This document shows, one piece after another, positions 28,944 to 38,564 of a DNA stretch of 45,567 nucleotides. The notes beneath the pieces were generated by a model. The model saw nothing but the letters and a program-made list of their open reading frames with translations. It ran no database searches and had not been told where the DNA came from. The position numbers were made by a program, and so were the translations under genes. Source of the DNA: a virus (Duplodnaviria; Caudoviricetes); IMG/VR virus record IMGVR_UViG_3300032318_001350, positions 1-45,567 of that record; one strand, given 5' to 3'. Position 1 is the stretch's first letter; every line of letters starts with the position of its first letter.

Positions 28944-29819
28944 TCACCCAAAGATGGTTTCAGCCGTCTTTAGGGAAGCGCCGCCGGCCCCAGCAGAGGC
29001 AGCAGCACCATGTTGACTCCCTCGGCTAAGCGTAGCCATTTTGGGCTGTTGCGCAGCAGGTCTCTGCTGTGCTCCATTCCCATTGGCTCCGTTAGCTCCG
29101 TTTGCCGACAAAACTTCACGCGCACGATCAGCGATGATCTTGAAGGATTCTTCTTTTGACCTGCCAGCCAAAATACCTTCTTGGTCAATGCCAACTTTCA
29201 CTGCGGACAAAAGTTTATCTTGTCCTTTCAGATCAGCGTGCGCTTCAAAAAATTCGTTTCTCAGTTGTTTAACCTGCTCACCGCGATAATACTCCATGAC
29301 AGGATTCATTTCATCATTCATCTGTCGTTGAAGCATTTGCGATTGCAGCCAAGAGATTGTAGTCGCTTGTTTAACTACGCCCTCGATAATTTGGGACATT
29401 GCGCCAAGGCTTTTTTCACCGCCTTCGAGCAGTTCCCCGATGAGTTCCGGAGACGCTTTGAAGGCGTTCGTGAACTTGTCGATATCTTCTTGCGTGTATT
29501 GCTTGGGCGCTTGCGCTTGCTCTTGCGGGCGGGCTTGTTGGGCTCCGGCTGCAGCAGCTTGAGCAATAATTTCCTTAACTTTATCAGGGCTCCAGTCATT
29601 ATTAGCAGCTGGCGCTTGTGGTTCGGGGGCCGACTGAGTTCCCGAGGGTTGCGTTGGTTCGTCGTGAGCGGCGCCATTGTTGATTTCTGAGCTTGGGCCA
29701 GAATCGTCAAAGACGCTTGAGTTAGTTTCGCTTCCACCAGAGGAAGACATATCTCCGCCGCCTCCACCAGCATCATCTGTTGGGGCGTCGAAGAACCTGC
29801 GGATGTATTTATATTTCAT
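28944..29819 (-). CDS. capsid scaffolding protein
   Basis: Acidic disordered N-terminus, helical core, position between portal and MCP. Confidence 0.7.
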   Translation of the reverse strand: MKYKYIRRFFDAPTDDAGGGGGDMSSSGGSETNSSVFDDSGPSSEINNGAAHDEPTQPSGTQSAPEPQAPAANNDWSPDKVKEIIAQAAAAGAQQARPQEQAQAPKQYTQEDIDKFTNAFKASPELIGELLEGGEKSLGAMSQIIEGVVKQATTISWLQSQMLQRQMNDEMNPVMEYYRGEQVKQLRNEFFEAHADLKGQDKLLSAVKVGIDQEGILAGRSKEESFKIIADRAREVLSANGANGANGNGAQQRPAAQQPKMATLSRGSQHGAAASAGAGGASLKTAETIFG

Positions 29820-29829
29820 GTTATGGTTC

Positions 29830-30087
29830 TTACTGTTTTTGTTTTAGAAACTCCTCTACTTCATCCAGAAGCTTTGGAATTCTACGAAGTGCTCGTGCGT
29901 ATCCTTTTTGAAAATTTTCTTCCGTTACGTTATTAGTAGGTTGATTAAGAATTTGCTTTTCTTTCGTTTCAGCTTCCCATTGGAGGGATGAAAGTATTGC
30001 CTTGTGGAGCTGGCTGTTGCGGAGCAGCAGAAGCTCCTGCTGTAGCTGGATCGAGTCCAGCCGCTTGAGGTGTTCCTGGATTTGCAT
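29830..30087 (-). CDS. small helical protein between portal and scaffold
   Basis: 85 aa with ENFQKGYARALRRIP; typical post-portal small gene; overlaps the portal 3' end. Confidence 0.65.
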   Translation of the reverse strand: MQIQEHLKRLDSIQLQQELLLLRNSQLHKAILSSLQWEAETKEKQILNQPTNNVTEENFQKGYARALRRIPKLLDEVEEFLKQKQ

Positions 30088-31867
30088 AAGCTTGTTGAGG
30101 TAGTTTCATTCCTTGAAGGTGCTTAAGTCCACGCAGCTCAAACATACGATCAAGCAATTTACGAGGATCGTAACCAAACATTGGAATCGCTTCAGGCGAA
30201 GACATCATAACTTGTAGCAGCTCGCTAATCTGCTGAGCAATGTAGCCTTTTTCGCTCGGCAAGGTTGCGTCAAAGATCCCGAAGTCGTAGTTACCCACGA
30301 GCATATCGCGGGATACTTTAAAGTAACCATACTCATTTGGATCAGACGCATCGCCCCTCAACCGAACATAAGTTTCCACATCAAGACCATCCCGAAGATT
30401 AGCAATGAGCTTATTAAACATAGGCTCAAGAGCTTGATAATAAATCGTCTGTGCCACAGTCTTAAGCCGGCTAGCCGCATTGAAGTTAACATTTCTTGCC
30501 TCCGTTGCACTTCGGCGTCCCGAAGCATATTGACCAAGTGAGTTTTCTGAGATGCCTGTAACCACCATCATGAGTTCATGCAGGGTTTCAGCGTCTTTCA
30601 CATGGCCTGTTGTTACGTCACTTACTTGCATTTGCTGAACGTAGCGGCGAACGTCTCCACCAGCTGCGCTCATGTTAAGCCTTATGTAGGCACGATCCTG
30701 TTTGAGATCTTCCATCTCAATACCAGTTGGGTCAATAATTACACGATTCTGAATTACGCGACGAACAGAAGTAATATGCGAGTTAATGAACCAAGAAATA
30801 GTCATCTGGAGCATATCCATGAGTTCCGAAAGCGACACGTTAATAAACGTATGCTGATCAGGATTAAACTCGGCAACATCATAAGTAAACTTGTTGTGAA
30901 CGTAGTTCATTGGCTCGACACGAAGAATCGTTTCGTCGTTAGCGTAGGTCACAACGTAAAGAATCGGATAATCTTCTTCGCCCAGCTTTTTGCCGTCCGA
31001 CAGCTCAAAATCAGCGGGGCAAAGCCAAACTTGAGCCTCGGTCACAACGCAAGTTCCTTTCGATTGTCCAACTGGCCCCTTGTCATAAACGTTTTGCGAG
31101 AACAAGCGAGACTTCCTCAACCGGTCGATAAGCACATCTTGGCTCCAACCTTGAATATGTTTTACGCCAGCGATTTTTCCATCGCGTTGCTGCCTTTTAA
31201 GCTCGGTGATCGTATATTCGTCTTCGCTGGCGCAGAACTCGCCCTCTTGAAAACGCGTCAGCGGAACTCGAACGTCAGGGAAGAAGCGATATGGCGAGAC
31301 ATTTTCAATGCGGTTTCCCAAAAAGCGAACCTTTTCCTCATACCCCGCGCCTGGAATCATCGCGCTTCCTTCTACGGGAGTCGATACCCGAACTGTCTCA
31401 ACCTCCCGCGACCAAGTATGTTTGAAGACTCCAAGCGAGAACCGAGCAACATCGGTCAGAAACTGCTTGAGTTTAATCACAAACTGATTCTCATGCAGGT
31501 CGCGAGCAATCAGGGCTTCGGCAAGTTTTGCGGGCAATTCGTCTTCCGGGCCTTTAGGCACAACCTCAACGAGATCTTCCCGCTGGGTGTAAAGCGTAAG
31601 ACAAAACGCCACGAACGTTGAGATTTGGGCGAAGGCAAGCGGAACAACCATTTTCTCGGGTTCCTCTTTCTTACGTGCTTCCAAATCAGCCTTGTCAGGG
31701 TAGCGGTATCCTCTGTAGACATCATCATAGGTGTCCCAGCGAAGGTAATGCTTATTCATCTCGGCGCGGGACAGTTCGACAAGATCCTTGACGTGTTCAA
31801 GAAGAGCTTGGGTAAAGGGACTCGTCTTCCCTTGCTCTAATTCGTTAATAATGCGTTGCTCCATCAT
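29969..31867 (-). CDS. portal protein (start most likely 31867, not 31978)
   Basis: About 630 aa after TerL; VSPYRFFPD, TGISENSLGQ...RRSATEA motifs; ATGA overlap with the TerL stop. Confidence 0.85.
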   Translation of the reverse strand: MMEQRIINELEQGKTSPFTQALLEHVKDLVELSRAEMNKHYLRWDTYDDVYRGYRYPDKADLEARKKEEPEKMVVPLAFAQISTFVAFCLTLYTQREDLVEVVPKGPEDELPAKLAEALIARDLHENQFVIKLKQFLTDVARFSLGVFKHTWSREVETVRVSTPVEGSAMIPGAGYEEKVRFLGNRIENVSPYRFFPDVRVPLTRFQEGEFCASEDEYTITELKRQQRDGKIAGVKHIQGWSQDVLIDRLRKSRLFSQNVYDKGPVGQSKGTCVVTEAQVWLCPADFELSDGKKLGEEDYPILYVVTYANDETILRVEPMNYVHNKFTYDVAEFNPDQHTFINVSLSELMDMLQMTISWFINSHITSVRRVIQNRVIIDPTGIEMEDLKQDRAYIRLNMSAAGGDVRRYVQQMQVSDVTTGHVKDAETLHELMMVVTGISENSLGQYASGRRSATEARNVNFNAASRLKTVAQTIYYQALEPMFNKLIANLRDGLDVETYVRLRGDASDPNEYGYFKVSRDMLVGNYDFGIFDATLPSEKGYIAQQISELLQVMMSSPEAIPMFGYDPRKLLDRMFELRGLKHLQGMKLPQQAYANPGTPQAAGLDPATAGASAAPQQPAPQGNTFIPPMGS

Positions 31868-33375
31868 ATCGAGAAAAGTTCTTTGGTTCCGATTTTTATT
31901 TCCAGTTCGGGTATGGGCGAGCTCGTGCGAGTTGTGTCGAACCAACGCGGCCCTTCTTGAAGGATACGACGAAAGCACTCCATAGCGTGATCGTTTTTAT
32001 CCTTCGGTTTGTTTTCCCGATCTGCCCAAACGTAATGAGCAAATTCAAAAAGTGTGTTGCGCAGCTGACCAGACACATAGATGTGATCTTCTTTACGCAA
32101 CTGTTGGCGAGCCAGCATGATGCCACCAGACAAGTCTTTCGATGCTTTTGTAACGCGAAGACTTTGGCGGGCCATCTCCCGCGCAATGCACTGGCCAGTC
32201 AAGGCGTGCTCAGTAAAGATCCAAGGATCTGCACTAACACGCACACAATTATAGCCAGCAATACGAGTTTTAATGGAATCAACGAGTTCGTCAAGCGGCA
32301 TTGATTTGAAGATTTCATCGTAGAAGAACAGCTGGCCATGTGGGCTAGCTGCACAGAACAAAACCATCGCAGGAGTTTGCGGATGCGGGTCGATGGAAAC
32401 CCAGATAGGCCAATGTTTCGGAGGCAAACTCATGCCTTCCCAACCTTTGGGAGTTTCTTTATACACGTTACGCGAATACGAGAATTCTTTGAAGACCAAT
32501 CCCGACAGCTCGAGGGGAACTCCAAGCAAACGACACTGGCGTTCGTCTTCTGTAAGACTTGCTTCATAATCTTCGATAGCTGCTTTGGAGAGATAGGCAT
32601 TATCATAAGTGGTTCCTCGAATAGCCCAGTGCCGTGGCTTCATGTCCATCTCATCTTCGCCAGGAATACGAGAAAAGAACTTATCATAGATCCAAGGTTC
32701 TTTAAGCGGCGTAAGCGTAAACCAGTCAGAACCACCGCGATCCATCAAGCCACGAGCGGCTGCTTTATACTGATCTTCGCTGCAAGGTTCGTCGATATGA
32801 ATCGCATCCCAGTCAGATGATTCGGAACCTTGCGGGTTCACTTCAAAAGACTTAACTGTATCAAAACGAATAACAGCGCCATTGGTCATTTCCATCATCT
32901 CAATCGCACCAGAATGATTGCGCTTTTTATTCTTAACAAAGCCACGAGGAAGCATACGCCAAAGCTTGCCACGCTCACCACGCTCAGAAGTAAAGATTTC
33001 GTCGACTTTATCCCAGTCAGTTGTGATGATAAGAAGCTTTACAGGTCGTTGAGGTATGCCTGCATAACGAGCAACGTCACCTTCTGGATACCAGCTGCGC
33101 ACACCGCTTACGAAAGCTGCGTCTTCAGCAACACCCATTTGAGACTTGCCAAAGCGGTTACCAGCAAACAAGGCACGATGCTTGTAGTCGCCAGCCCGAT
33201 GGAACTGATCTTGCTTGTCGTGCGGTTTGTAAAAACGCAGCGGATCATCTTGCATAACCTCGAGTTTACCAAGCAAAGCTTTCTTAAGCTGCTGCTTAGC
33301 AGTCACGCGATCTTCGTGTTCAATGTTTGAACCAAAGTCGTCGGTTTCGGTTAGCGTTGAAGACTCTTCAATCAT
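31864..33375 (-). CDS. terL: terminase large subunit
   Basis: YKPHDKQ, AGNRFGKS Walker A, AIHIDE Walker B, TLTP, nuclease SIDPH and DHAMECFR. Confidence 0.92.
   Translation of the reverse strand: MIEESSTLTETDDFGSNIEHEDRVTAKQQLKKALLGKLEVMQDDPLRFYKPHDKQDQFHRAGDYKHRALFAGNRFGKSQMGVAEDAAFVSGVRSWYPEGDVARYAGIPQRPVKLLIITTDWDKVDEIFTSERGERGKLWRMLPRGFVKNKKRNHSGAIEMMEMTNGAVIRFDTVKSFEVNPQGSESSDWDAIHIDEPCSEDQYKAAARGLMDRGGSDWFTLTPLKEPWIYDKFFSRIPGEDEMDMKPRHWAIRGTTYDNAYLSKAAIEDYEASLTEDERQCRLLGVPLELSGLVFKEFSYSRNVYKETPKGWEGMSLPPKHWPIWVSIDPHPQTPAMVLFCAASPHGQLFFYDEIFKSMPLDELVDSIKTRIAGYNCVRVSADPWIFTEHALTGQCIAREMARQSLRVTKASKDLSGGIMLARQQLRKEDHIYVSGQLRNTLFEFAHYVWADRENKPKDKNDHAMECFRRILQEGPRWFDTTRTSSPIPELEIKIGTKELFSI
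33318..33332. promoter_or_regulatory. palindromic site GTTCAA-tgt-TTGAAC
   Basis: Perfect copy in the terL 5' end; 18-bp identity with the 38286-38303 copy. Confidence 0.7.
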
Positions 33376-33980
33376 GGCCAGTAAACGACAGGGATACCAC
33401 GAAATCCGCAGTATTCTCTCATCTCTTTCATTGGAAATGCTGGGCCTGGATCAACCTTGCGCTCGGGCGCAATGCAGTCATGGCCGGTTATATCGTCGAG
33501 TTTGTAATGCTCGGTCAAAGCTTCAAGCAACTTTGCACAAGCGGAAATTTGAGCCGGTGGATAAGTTTCCCATAGCTTAACCACCGACTCGTTTCGGTGC
33601 GTTGCCTTAGTCAGAGGCAAGGCCGACCACCTGCGAGCCAGCTCGGCATCATCGCCTGCATTTGCGAGTTCGATACCGATGCTGCACCGATTTAAGTTTT
33701 TATACATAACCCCTGTTTTCGGATCACGCCAGCGAGAAACTCCTGCATGACCTGCCGTCTTGTTAAAGGGCCGGCATTGAAAAATCTTTCCGTCCCGATC
33801 AATGACAACGTGAGCCGAAGTGCCTTTAGCGGCAGCTTTCTGCCACCAACCAATCGAACTCGAAGCAGTAGCGCCAGCCGTGAAATGCACAACTGCACAG
33901 CGCCGAATCGGCATAGGTGATCCACCAGGGATCACCGCGCTAATTGCGCTGTCTAGCCAATGCTTTGAGTCAATCGTCAT
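33372..33980 (-). CDS. endolysin, N-acetylmuramoyl-L-alanine amidase (Amidase_2)
   Basis: VVHFTAG, SAHVVIDRDG, HAG, SIGIE, GH...RKVDPG. Confidence 0.92.
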   Translation of the reverse strand: MTIDSKHWLDSAISAVIPGGSPMPIRRCAVVHFTAGATASSSIGWWQKAAAKGTSAHVVIDRDGKIFQCRPFNKTAGHAGVSRWRDPKTGVMYKNLNRCSIGIELANAGDDAELARRWSALPLTKATHRNESVVKLWETYPPAQISACAKLLEALTEHYKLDDITGHDCIAPERKVDPGPAFPMKEMREYCGFRGIPVVYWP

Positions 33981-34153
33981 TACTTACCTTTACGAATCAC
34001 GTTGATAAGTCCGACAAGGCTAAGGCCCGCGGTAAGGATTTGCGTCTGCAGTTCGGGCTCAAGCTTCAAGCCGAAAGCGGTCGCCAAAAGGATAAGGCCA
34101 CGCCAGGTTGAGTTTTCGGACAGACGTTCAAGGATAGTTTCGATAATTTTCAT
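33980..34153 (-). CDS. holin-like 57-aa two-TM protein (not in ORF track)
   Basis: MKIIETILERLSENSTWRGLILLATAFG...ILTAGLSLVGLINVIRKGK; coupled to the amidase (TAATG) and the upstream lipoprotein (ATGA). Confidence 0.75.
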   Translation of the reverse strand: MKIIETILERLSENSTWRGLILLATAFGLKLEPELQTQILTAGLSLVGLINVIRKGK

Positions 34154-34341
34154 TTGCTTGATGTGGGTTTAGGTTTTTCCTGCTGCTTGCTCCAGAAGTA
34201 ATCAATAGCTCCAGAGACGTTGGGGGTAAAAACTAGTTTGAGTTCCAGCCGGCCAAGCTTCCCCGAATTTTCTCCACCAGGAGGAATCGGGATGCTTACG
34301 CAACTGCAAAGTAAAAATACAACTGGAAGAAACAATTTCAC
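34150..34341 (-). CDS. small lipoprotein, possible o-spanin
   Basis: MKLFLPVVFLLCSC lipobox-like sequence then Pro-rich; in the lysis cassette. Confidence 0.6.
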   Translation of the reverse strand: MKLFLPVVFLLCSCVSIPIPPGGENSGKLGRLELKLVFTPNVSGAIDYFWSKQQEKPKPTSSK

Positions 34342-34622
34342 GGATTAAGTTTTTTGTCGATGCGCTCAAGCAACATCGTGTTTTTTGCGATAGTTGCGTT
34401 AGCCATAGCGATGACTTCGAGCATTTCTTTGTTGGCCGTCTTAAGGTGGGCTAAAAACTCGTTAGTTTGTATATCCATGCGTCCTTGCAAATGATCAAGT
34501 CGAGACGTGAAATACTTAAACAAAATCCAGATACACAAGATTCCAATGATAAGCAAAGCAACAAACATCCATCGGTCGGATTGCTGCGATACGTAATTTG
34601 CTGTTTCGACTACTTCAGGCAT
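34338..34622 (-). CDS. single-TM coiled-coil lysis-cassette protein (holin or i-spanin-like; start probably 34622)
   Basis: WMFVALLIIGILCIWILF TM followed by a coiled coil ending LLERIDKKL. Confidence 0.6.
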   Translation of the reverse strand: MPEVVETANYVSQQSDRWMFVALLIIGILCIWILFKYFTSRLDHLQGRMDIQTNEFLAHLKTANKEMLEVIAMANATIAKNTMLLERIDKKLNP

Positions 34623-34648
34623 GGTTAGGACTCCGGTAGATATAAAAT

Positions 34649-36820
34649 TTAAGCTGGGTAGCAATACAAATCCAACATAACTCTGATTTGAGTTGGGACA
34701 GTAGTTGGCCAAGTAAGTTGGAATTGGTAGACGTTACCTGCAGTCAAAGGAATATTAAGATTAGAAACATTGTGGTTGCGGAAACTACCTGTATTATCTG
34801 ATGTCAAACTTCCAATGACTGCATAGTTTTGGCCGGTAGTAATATTCTGCAAAACTATAGAGCCATCTGCGGCTGTTGGCTGCCCAAACACATACTGTTG
34901 TTGAACAATAACATTTGCTTTCCGCAAAACGCACGTTTGATGTATTGTCTTATAACGACTGTTACTAGAATCAGAAAAGGCCGTATTTCCTACTCCATTA
35001 ATGTAGCTAACTGCGGCAGGATTTCCTGTAGCCGTTGCAACCTGAAGTATACCGAGGAAAGGAATATCCGAAGTAAGGGCCAGAATTCCGCTATCATCTG
35101 GAAATGAAATGATCCTGTTTTCGGTTGCAGATCCAATAAGTTCCGTGCGCGTTCCGTTAACTCCAAGTCCGATATAGCCAGTGCCACGAGTGTCGATTGC
35201 GCCGCCGCCATTGCTGGTATTAATGCGGCCTCCATCTGCATAAGTAAGCATTTTTTCCCATACGGCCTCTTCTGGAGTAGCCAACTGGCAAGAATAAACT
35301 GTCCCATCGTCTAAGACCCATTGCGACCCAACAACAAAGCCCTTAGTTGCATCCGCAAGATCAGACGGAATGGATACCCCACAATGCTCAACGCGGCGAA
35401 TTGTGAACCCGTTTTGCTCAAGAATGTAGAGCCGGCCAGCCTCCCACTTGAGTTCGTATTGAGCCGAGCATTCAAGCGCGATACCTCGGTAGCCGCCACT
35501 CTGCGCGTCTCTTGTTCCTTTGCGAAGTTTTGCTCCGTTGTCAAGCGTCAGCGCTGTGCTAGACAGATGCGTTGAATATACGCCACTATTATTAGAAAAG
35601 AAAACATCAAAGCCCCCTCCGTAATTGGGGAGATAGTTTGCGCCGTTATACCCCGCACCTTCGTTGGGGTTTGGGGCTGATTCACTTACAGGAACCCAGC
35701 CAATTATTGGAAAAGTATACGGGTCGCTGCTCGGATTTGTGAAGTAAGTGTAAGGATAATCAGATAAAACACACAATCTCCAGTAGTTGACCGGAGGATC
35801 TGTCTGCGCGTCGTTGTTTGGATCACCCCATCCGCTGCGATTGCCTGGTGCGAGAAAGTAGGCAATGCCGTTAAGCCCCGCAGTTGGGATGCCGCTTCCA
35901 TTAAGCGGAGTGGACAAGTAATAGTTGAACGTGCCAGCGACTGGAGTGTGCATTCCAATACTGCCATTGCCAACTGAGGAGGGAGTAACGGCAACCGCTG
36001 TTTTAACGTAAGTTCCGTTTAAGTCAGACCACTTTGTTCCTTCAAATGCGCCCCAAGCCACTCCTGTCCCCGCGATATATCCTTCGGACGAACCCGCACT
36101 AAAAATAAGGGTTTCGCCATTCGGGAGAATATCCGCGATAGCCTCGTAAGTAGCTGGAAGCCCGTCGTAACTGATCGCAGTAGAAATATCAAATCCGGGA
36201 GAATGTGTAGCGTTCCATGCATCAATAAGATCGCTGACTGTTGAAGTCCCATCTCCGGTAAGCACGATTTCGTTGCCTAACAGTCCAACCTCTGCAGCGG
36301 AGAGAACTACATCAACGCCATCCAAAGTTCCTGCCCAACTAGCAAATGTCGGCTCTGTGTTATTAAGTATCCCGCTTACGATTACTGCCGTTACTGGTAT
36401 CGTGGAACCCGCACGAAACCCGTCTGGTTCCATCGTTGCCTGAGTTCCGGTGTTTGTGCCGTCAATTTTTTCTTGGACGCCAAATCCCCAGCCGCCGAAC
36501 TCGGTATCCACGCTGCGGTCATTGCCGTCAGGCGATATTGACGCTGTTACTTCAGCGTCAACGTCAAGCGCTCCTCCAGCGAGCGGGAGGGCATCCGGCG
36601 AGCCAAGCGCGTTGAGCGCCTGCGCCGTGCGAAGCGGAGACATCCACTTATTATTAACGACACCTGCCTCGGCTTCTGCTTGCGTAGCAAGTCCAGTTAT
36701 TGGCGGAGGAGGAGATCCAGGAATCGACGTTTCTGCTATGGCTTGCCAAACAGTTTCGGTCGGATTCGCTTCCCGATAAGTTTTTAATTCATCGGGCTCA
36801 GGATATTCGTAGGTCGGCAT
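34649..36820 (-). CDS. tail fibre / fibre-like mosaic protein
   Basis: GLATQAEAEAGVVNNKWMSPLRT fibre repeat; G/T/S-rich; FPDDSGILALTSDIP module. Confidence 0.7.
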   Translation of the reverse strand: MPTYEYPEPDELKTYREANPTETVWQAIAETSIPGSPPPPITGLATQAEAEAGVVNNKWMSPLRTAQALNALGSPDALPLAGGALDVDAEVTASISPDGNDRSVDTEFGGWGFGVQEKIDGTNTGTQATMEPDGFRAGSTIPVTAVIVSGILNNTEPTFASWAGTLDGVDVVLSAAEVGLLGNEIVLTGDGTSTVSDLIDAWNATHSPGFDISTAISYDGLPATYEAIADILPNGETLIFSAGSSEGYIAGTGVAWGAFEGTKWSDLNGTYVKTAVAVTPSSVGNGSIGMHTPVAGTFNYYLSTPLNGSGIPTAGLNGIAYFLAPGNRSGWGDPNNDAQTDPPVNYWRLCVLSDYPYTYFTNPSSDPYTFPIIGWVPVSESAPNPNEGAGYNGANYLPNYGGGFDVFFSNNSGVYSTHLSSTALTLDNGAKLRKGTRDAQSGGYRGIALECSAQYELKWEAGRLYILEQNGFTIRRVEHCGVSIPSDLADATKGFVVGSQWVLDDGTVYSCQLATPEEAVWEKMLTYADGGRINTSNGGGAIDTRGTGYIGLGVNGTRTELIGSATENRIISFPDDSGILALTSDIPFLGILQVATATGNPAAVSYINGVGNTAFSDSSNSRYKTIHQTCVLRKANVIVQQQYVFGQPTAADGSIVLQNITTGQNYAVIGSLTSDNTGSFRNHNVSNLNIPLTAGNVYQFQLTWPTTVPTQIRVMLDLYCYPA

Positions 36821-37158
36821 TAGCTTTCAAAAACAATAAGCTCTGTGTTGCCGGTGTTCATTTTTGCATATACAGCATTTGTTGGAACAAACGTTGCAAA
36901 TATCAGTGGTTGGTCGCTGTTATTAGAATTTATCGTAAAAGAATTAGCGTCTGTAATCGTAGCGGCCAGCGCTCCAGGAGTTAGAAAGTGGATATGAACG
37001 TGATTACTTCTTGGTTTGATAAGTAAAAACTTACGTGCTGGATTAACTGGTAAAACAAGTGTATAAGTTCCAGCTGTTAGGGAAATGGTTTTATTATACA
37101 GCGGCCCACGGGCTGCGTTATCTCCAAATGTAATTGCATCTACAAGGGTGGCACTCAT
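36820..37158 (-). CDS. putative small structural protein
   Basis: 112 aa beta-rich, NPARKFLLI motif; coupled to the fibre gene. Confidence 0.6.
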   Translation of the reverse strand: MSATLVDAITFGDNAARGPLYNKTISLTAGTYTLVLPVNPARKFLLIKPRSNHVHIHFLTPGALAATITDANSFTINSNNSDQPLIFATFVPTNAVYAKMNTGNTELIVFES

Positions 37159-37160
37159 AA

Positions 37161-37706
37161 TTAGTTATTGTTTTTTGCAAGGATGTTGGACATCCCTAGT
37201 TTCTTTTGAAGCTCAGCGATCTCAGCGTCAAGCCGAGTTTCGTCTGAAATTGTTTTCTTGCCTGCCTCGCCAATGGGCTGAACAGCTTTACCAAGGTAAC
37301 GATCAATGATGTCAAAAGCGCAATCACGCTGGACAGCTTCGGAAGTTGCTTCGTCGCGGAGTTCAATAATCTTAAACACCGAATCCAACGCCGCTCCCTC
37401 AATAGCTTTCTTCACGCCGTCGATACCGCAGCTGTTCATGAGTTGAACAAGAGACTCGCGGAACCAGTCCTGGCGCGTGACGAGGCCAACACCCGCAGGA
37501 GTCATGCCCAGCGCTTCGGCAATGTCTTTATTCGACATCCCATGCGCCTTCATAAAAAGAATACGGCGGTGACGCGCGTTTTCTTTCTGAATCGTTACAG
37601 GTGGTTTATTTCCCTCCTGGCCATGAAACGACTCAAGCCGAGAAGGAACCTGCTCGTAAACAGGCTCCGACTCAGCTACTCCCGTAGGATAGAAGTCGTC
37701 GTTCAT
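37161..37706 (-). CDS. probable terminase small subunit (HTH)
   Basis: HTH GMSNKDIAEALGMTPAGV; SEAVQRDCAFDIIDRYLGK TerS-like motif; near the start of the late block. Confidence 0.65.
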   Translation of the reverse strand: MNDDFYPTGVAESEPVYEQVPSRLESFHGQEGNKPPVTIQKENARHRRILFMKAHGMSNKDIAEALGMTPAGVGLVTRQDWFRESLVQLMNSCGIDGVKKAIEGAALDSVFKIIELRDEATSEAVQRDCAFDIIDRYLGKAVQPIGEAGKKTISDETRLDAEIAELQKKLGMSNILAKNNN

Positions 37707-37713
37707 CAAGAAC

Positions 37714-38055
37714 TTAGGCGGGCTCAGTCGCTACATTAACGGCTGTAGGCGAAACTTCAACTTGCACGTTATAAGTGTAGTTGATATTTCCTGTAGAAGT
37801 AGTCGTGCCGTTGCGCGAGATGCTAAGTTTGCTTGGGCGATCAGCGTTGTCTTTGCCATTATACGCCTGGTAGAAAGCCTCGAGCATGGCAAACATAATC
37901 TCACGAATGTCGCCAGTAGTAGCGTTAGCTTCTGTGTTGCTTAGCTGCGTGAGCGTCTTATTCGTCGCCGCGTCGTTAGTGTTAAAGCCGACTACGTTAG
38001 TGGCCAGTGTATAACCGGCGCCGAGCCAGTTAGAAGGAGCTTTGTTAAATGCCAT
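37714..38055 (-). CDS. hypothetical, probably virion-associated protein
   Basis: 113-aa T/N/A-rich ORF, first sizeable gene of the late block. Confidence 0.7.
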   Translation of the reverse strand: MAFNKAPSNWLGAGYTLATNVVGFNTNDAATNKTLTQLSNTEANATTGDIREIMFAMLEAFYQAYNGKDNADRPSKLSISRNGTTTSTGNINYTYNVQVEVSPTAVNVATEPA

Positions 38056-38088
38056 AGGTTTGAGTTGAGTTGGTTGTTGGGTTTGAAA

Positions 38089-38172
38089 TTAGCGACCCTG
38101 CCCAGATATCACGGTGATACGCAAGGTTCGGCGCCGGGGGACAGGTTGGTTTGGGGTCGGGATGGTATTCAT
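38089..38172 (-). CDS. possible 27-aa leader ORF
   Basis: MNTIPTPNQPVPRRRTLRITVISGQGR upstream of the late block. Confidence 0.3.
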   Translation of the reverse strand: MNTIPTPNQPVPRRRTLRITVISGQGR

Positions 38173-38288
38173 GGCTGCACGAGTTATGGACTGCCGGTGC
38201 GGCCAATGCAAGTCGAATCATGATGATATTTCCGATGGTTGTTAGTGTTAACCTTGCAGGCGAAAACCGCTACCTCGTTTAATCCCGT

Positions 38289-38303
38289 GTTCAATGTTTG
38301 AAC
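38289..38303. promoter_or_regulatory. palindromic site GTTCAA-tgt-TTGAAC
   Basis: Perfect copy upstream of the late block. Confidence 0.7.
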
Positions 38304-38510
38304 AACAGTGCCCGTGCAAATTTACGTGGTTAAGGAACTGATGGTATTTTCGTTCCGCATCTAAAGGGGATATAATAATAATAGACTCTGGGTCAGGGGC
38401 AGGGGCCCCCTGCTACATATAGCCGCTTGCGGCCCTCGTGCTGATCAGACTGCCTTGAGCCGCGCCAGTTTGACAGGCCTGCCCAGTGTGCCAGCGCGCA
38501 GGTTGGCAGC

Positions 38511-38550
38511 AAATAGGGGCGAGCCCGGTGTTACCCAGGCCCGCCCCCTA
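38511..38550 (-). terminator. GC-rich hairpin, probable terminator of the 92-aa gene
   Basis: Minus strand TAGGGGGCGGGCCTGG-gtaaca-CCGGGCTCGCCCCTA then TTT (short U tail). Confidence 0.6.
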
Positions 38551-38564
38551 CCGCCCCGCCCCGC

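Noticed and set aside
30578-31621. 347-aa antisense ORF in portal; likewise 28015..28773 in MCP and 42313..42972 opposite ORF 42400
   Set aside because: Antisense shadows of codon-biased genes, with no recognisable motifs.
31868-31978. Track's N-terminal extension of the portal
   Set aside because: Overlaps terL by more than 100 bp; the ATGA-coupled start at 31867 is more plausible.
34649-36820. Diversity-generating retroelement target in the fibre gene
   Set aside because: No reverse transcriptase and no TR/VR repeat pair seen.
38180-38215. Sigma70-like late promoter (minus strand TTGCAT-N17-CATAAC)
   Set aside because: The -10 element is a poor match and there is a single copy; not supportable.
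38288-38304. Palindrome as a host LexA (SOS) box
   Set aside because: Half-sites resemble the reported Verrucomicrobia TGTTC-N4-GAACA box, but spacing here is GTTC-N7-GAAC with conserved inner AA/TT, so I did not call it LexA.
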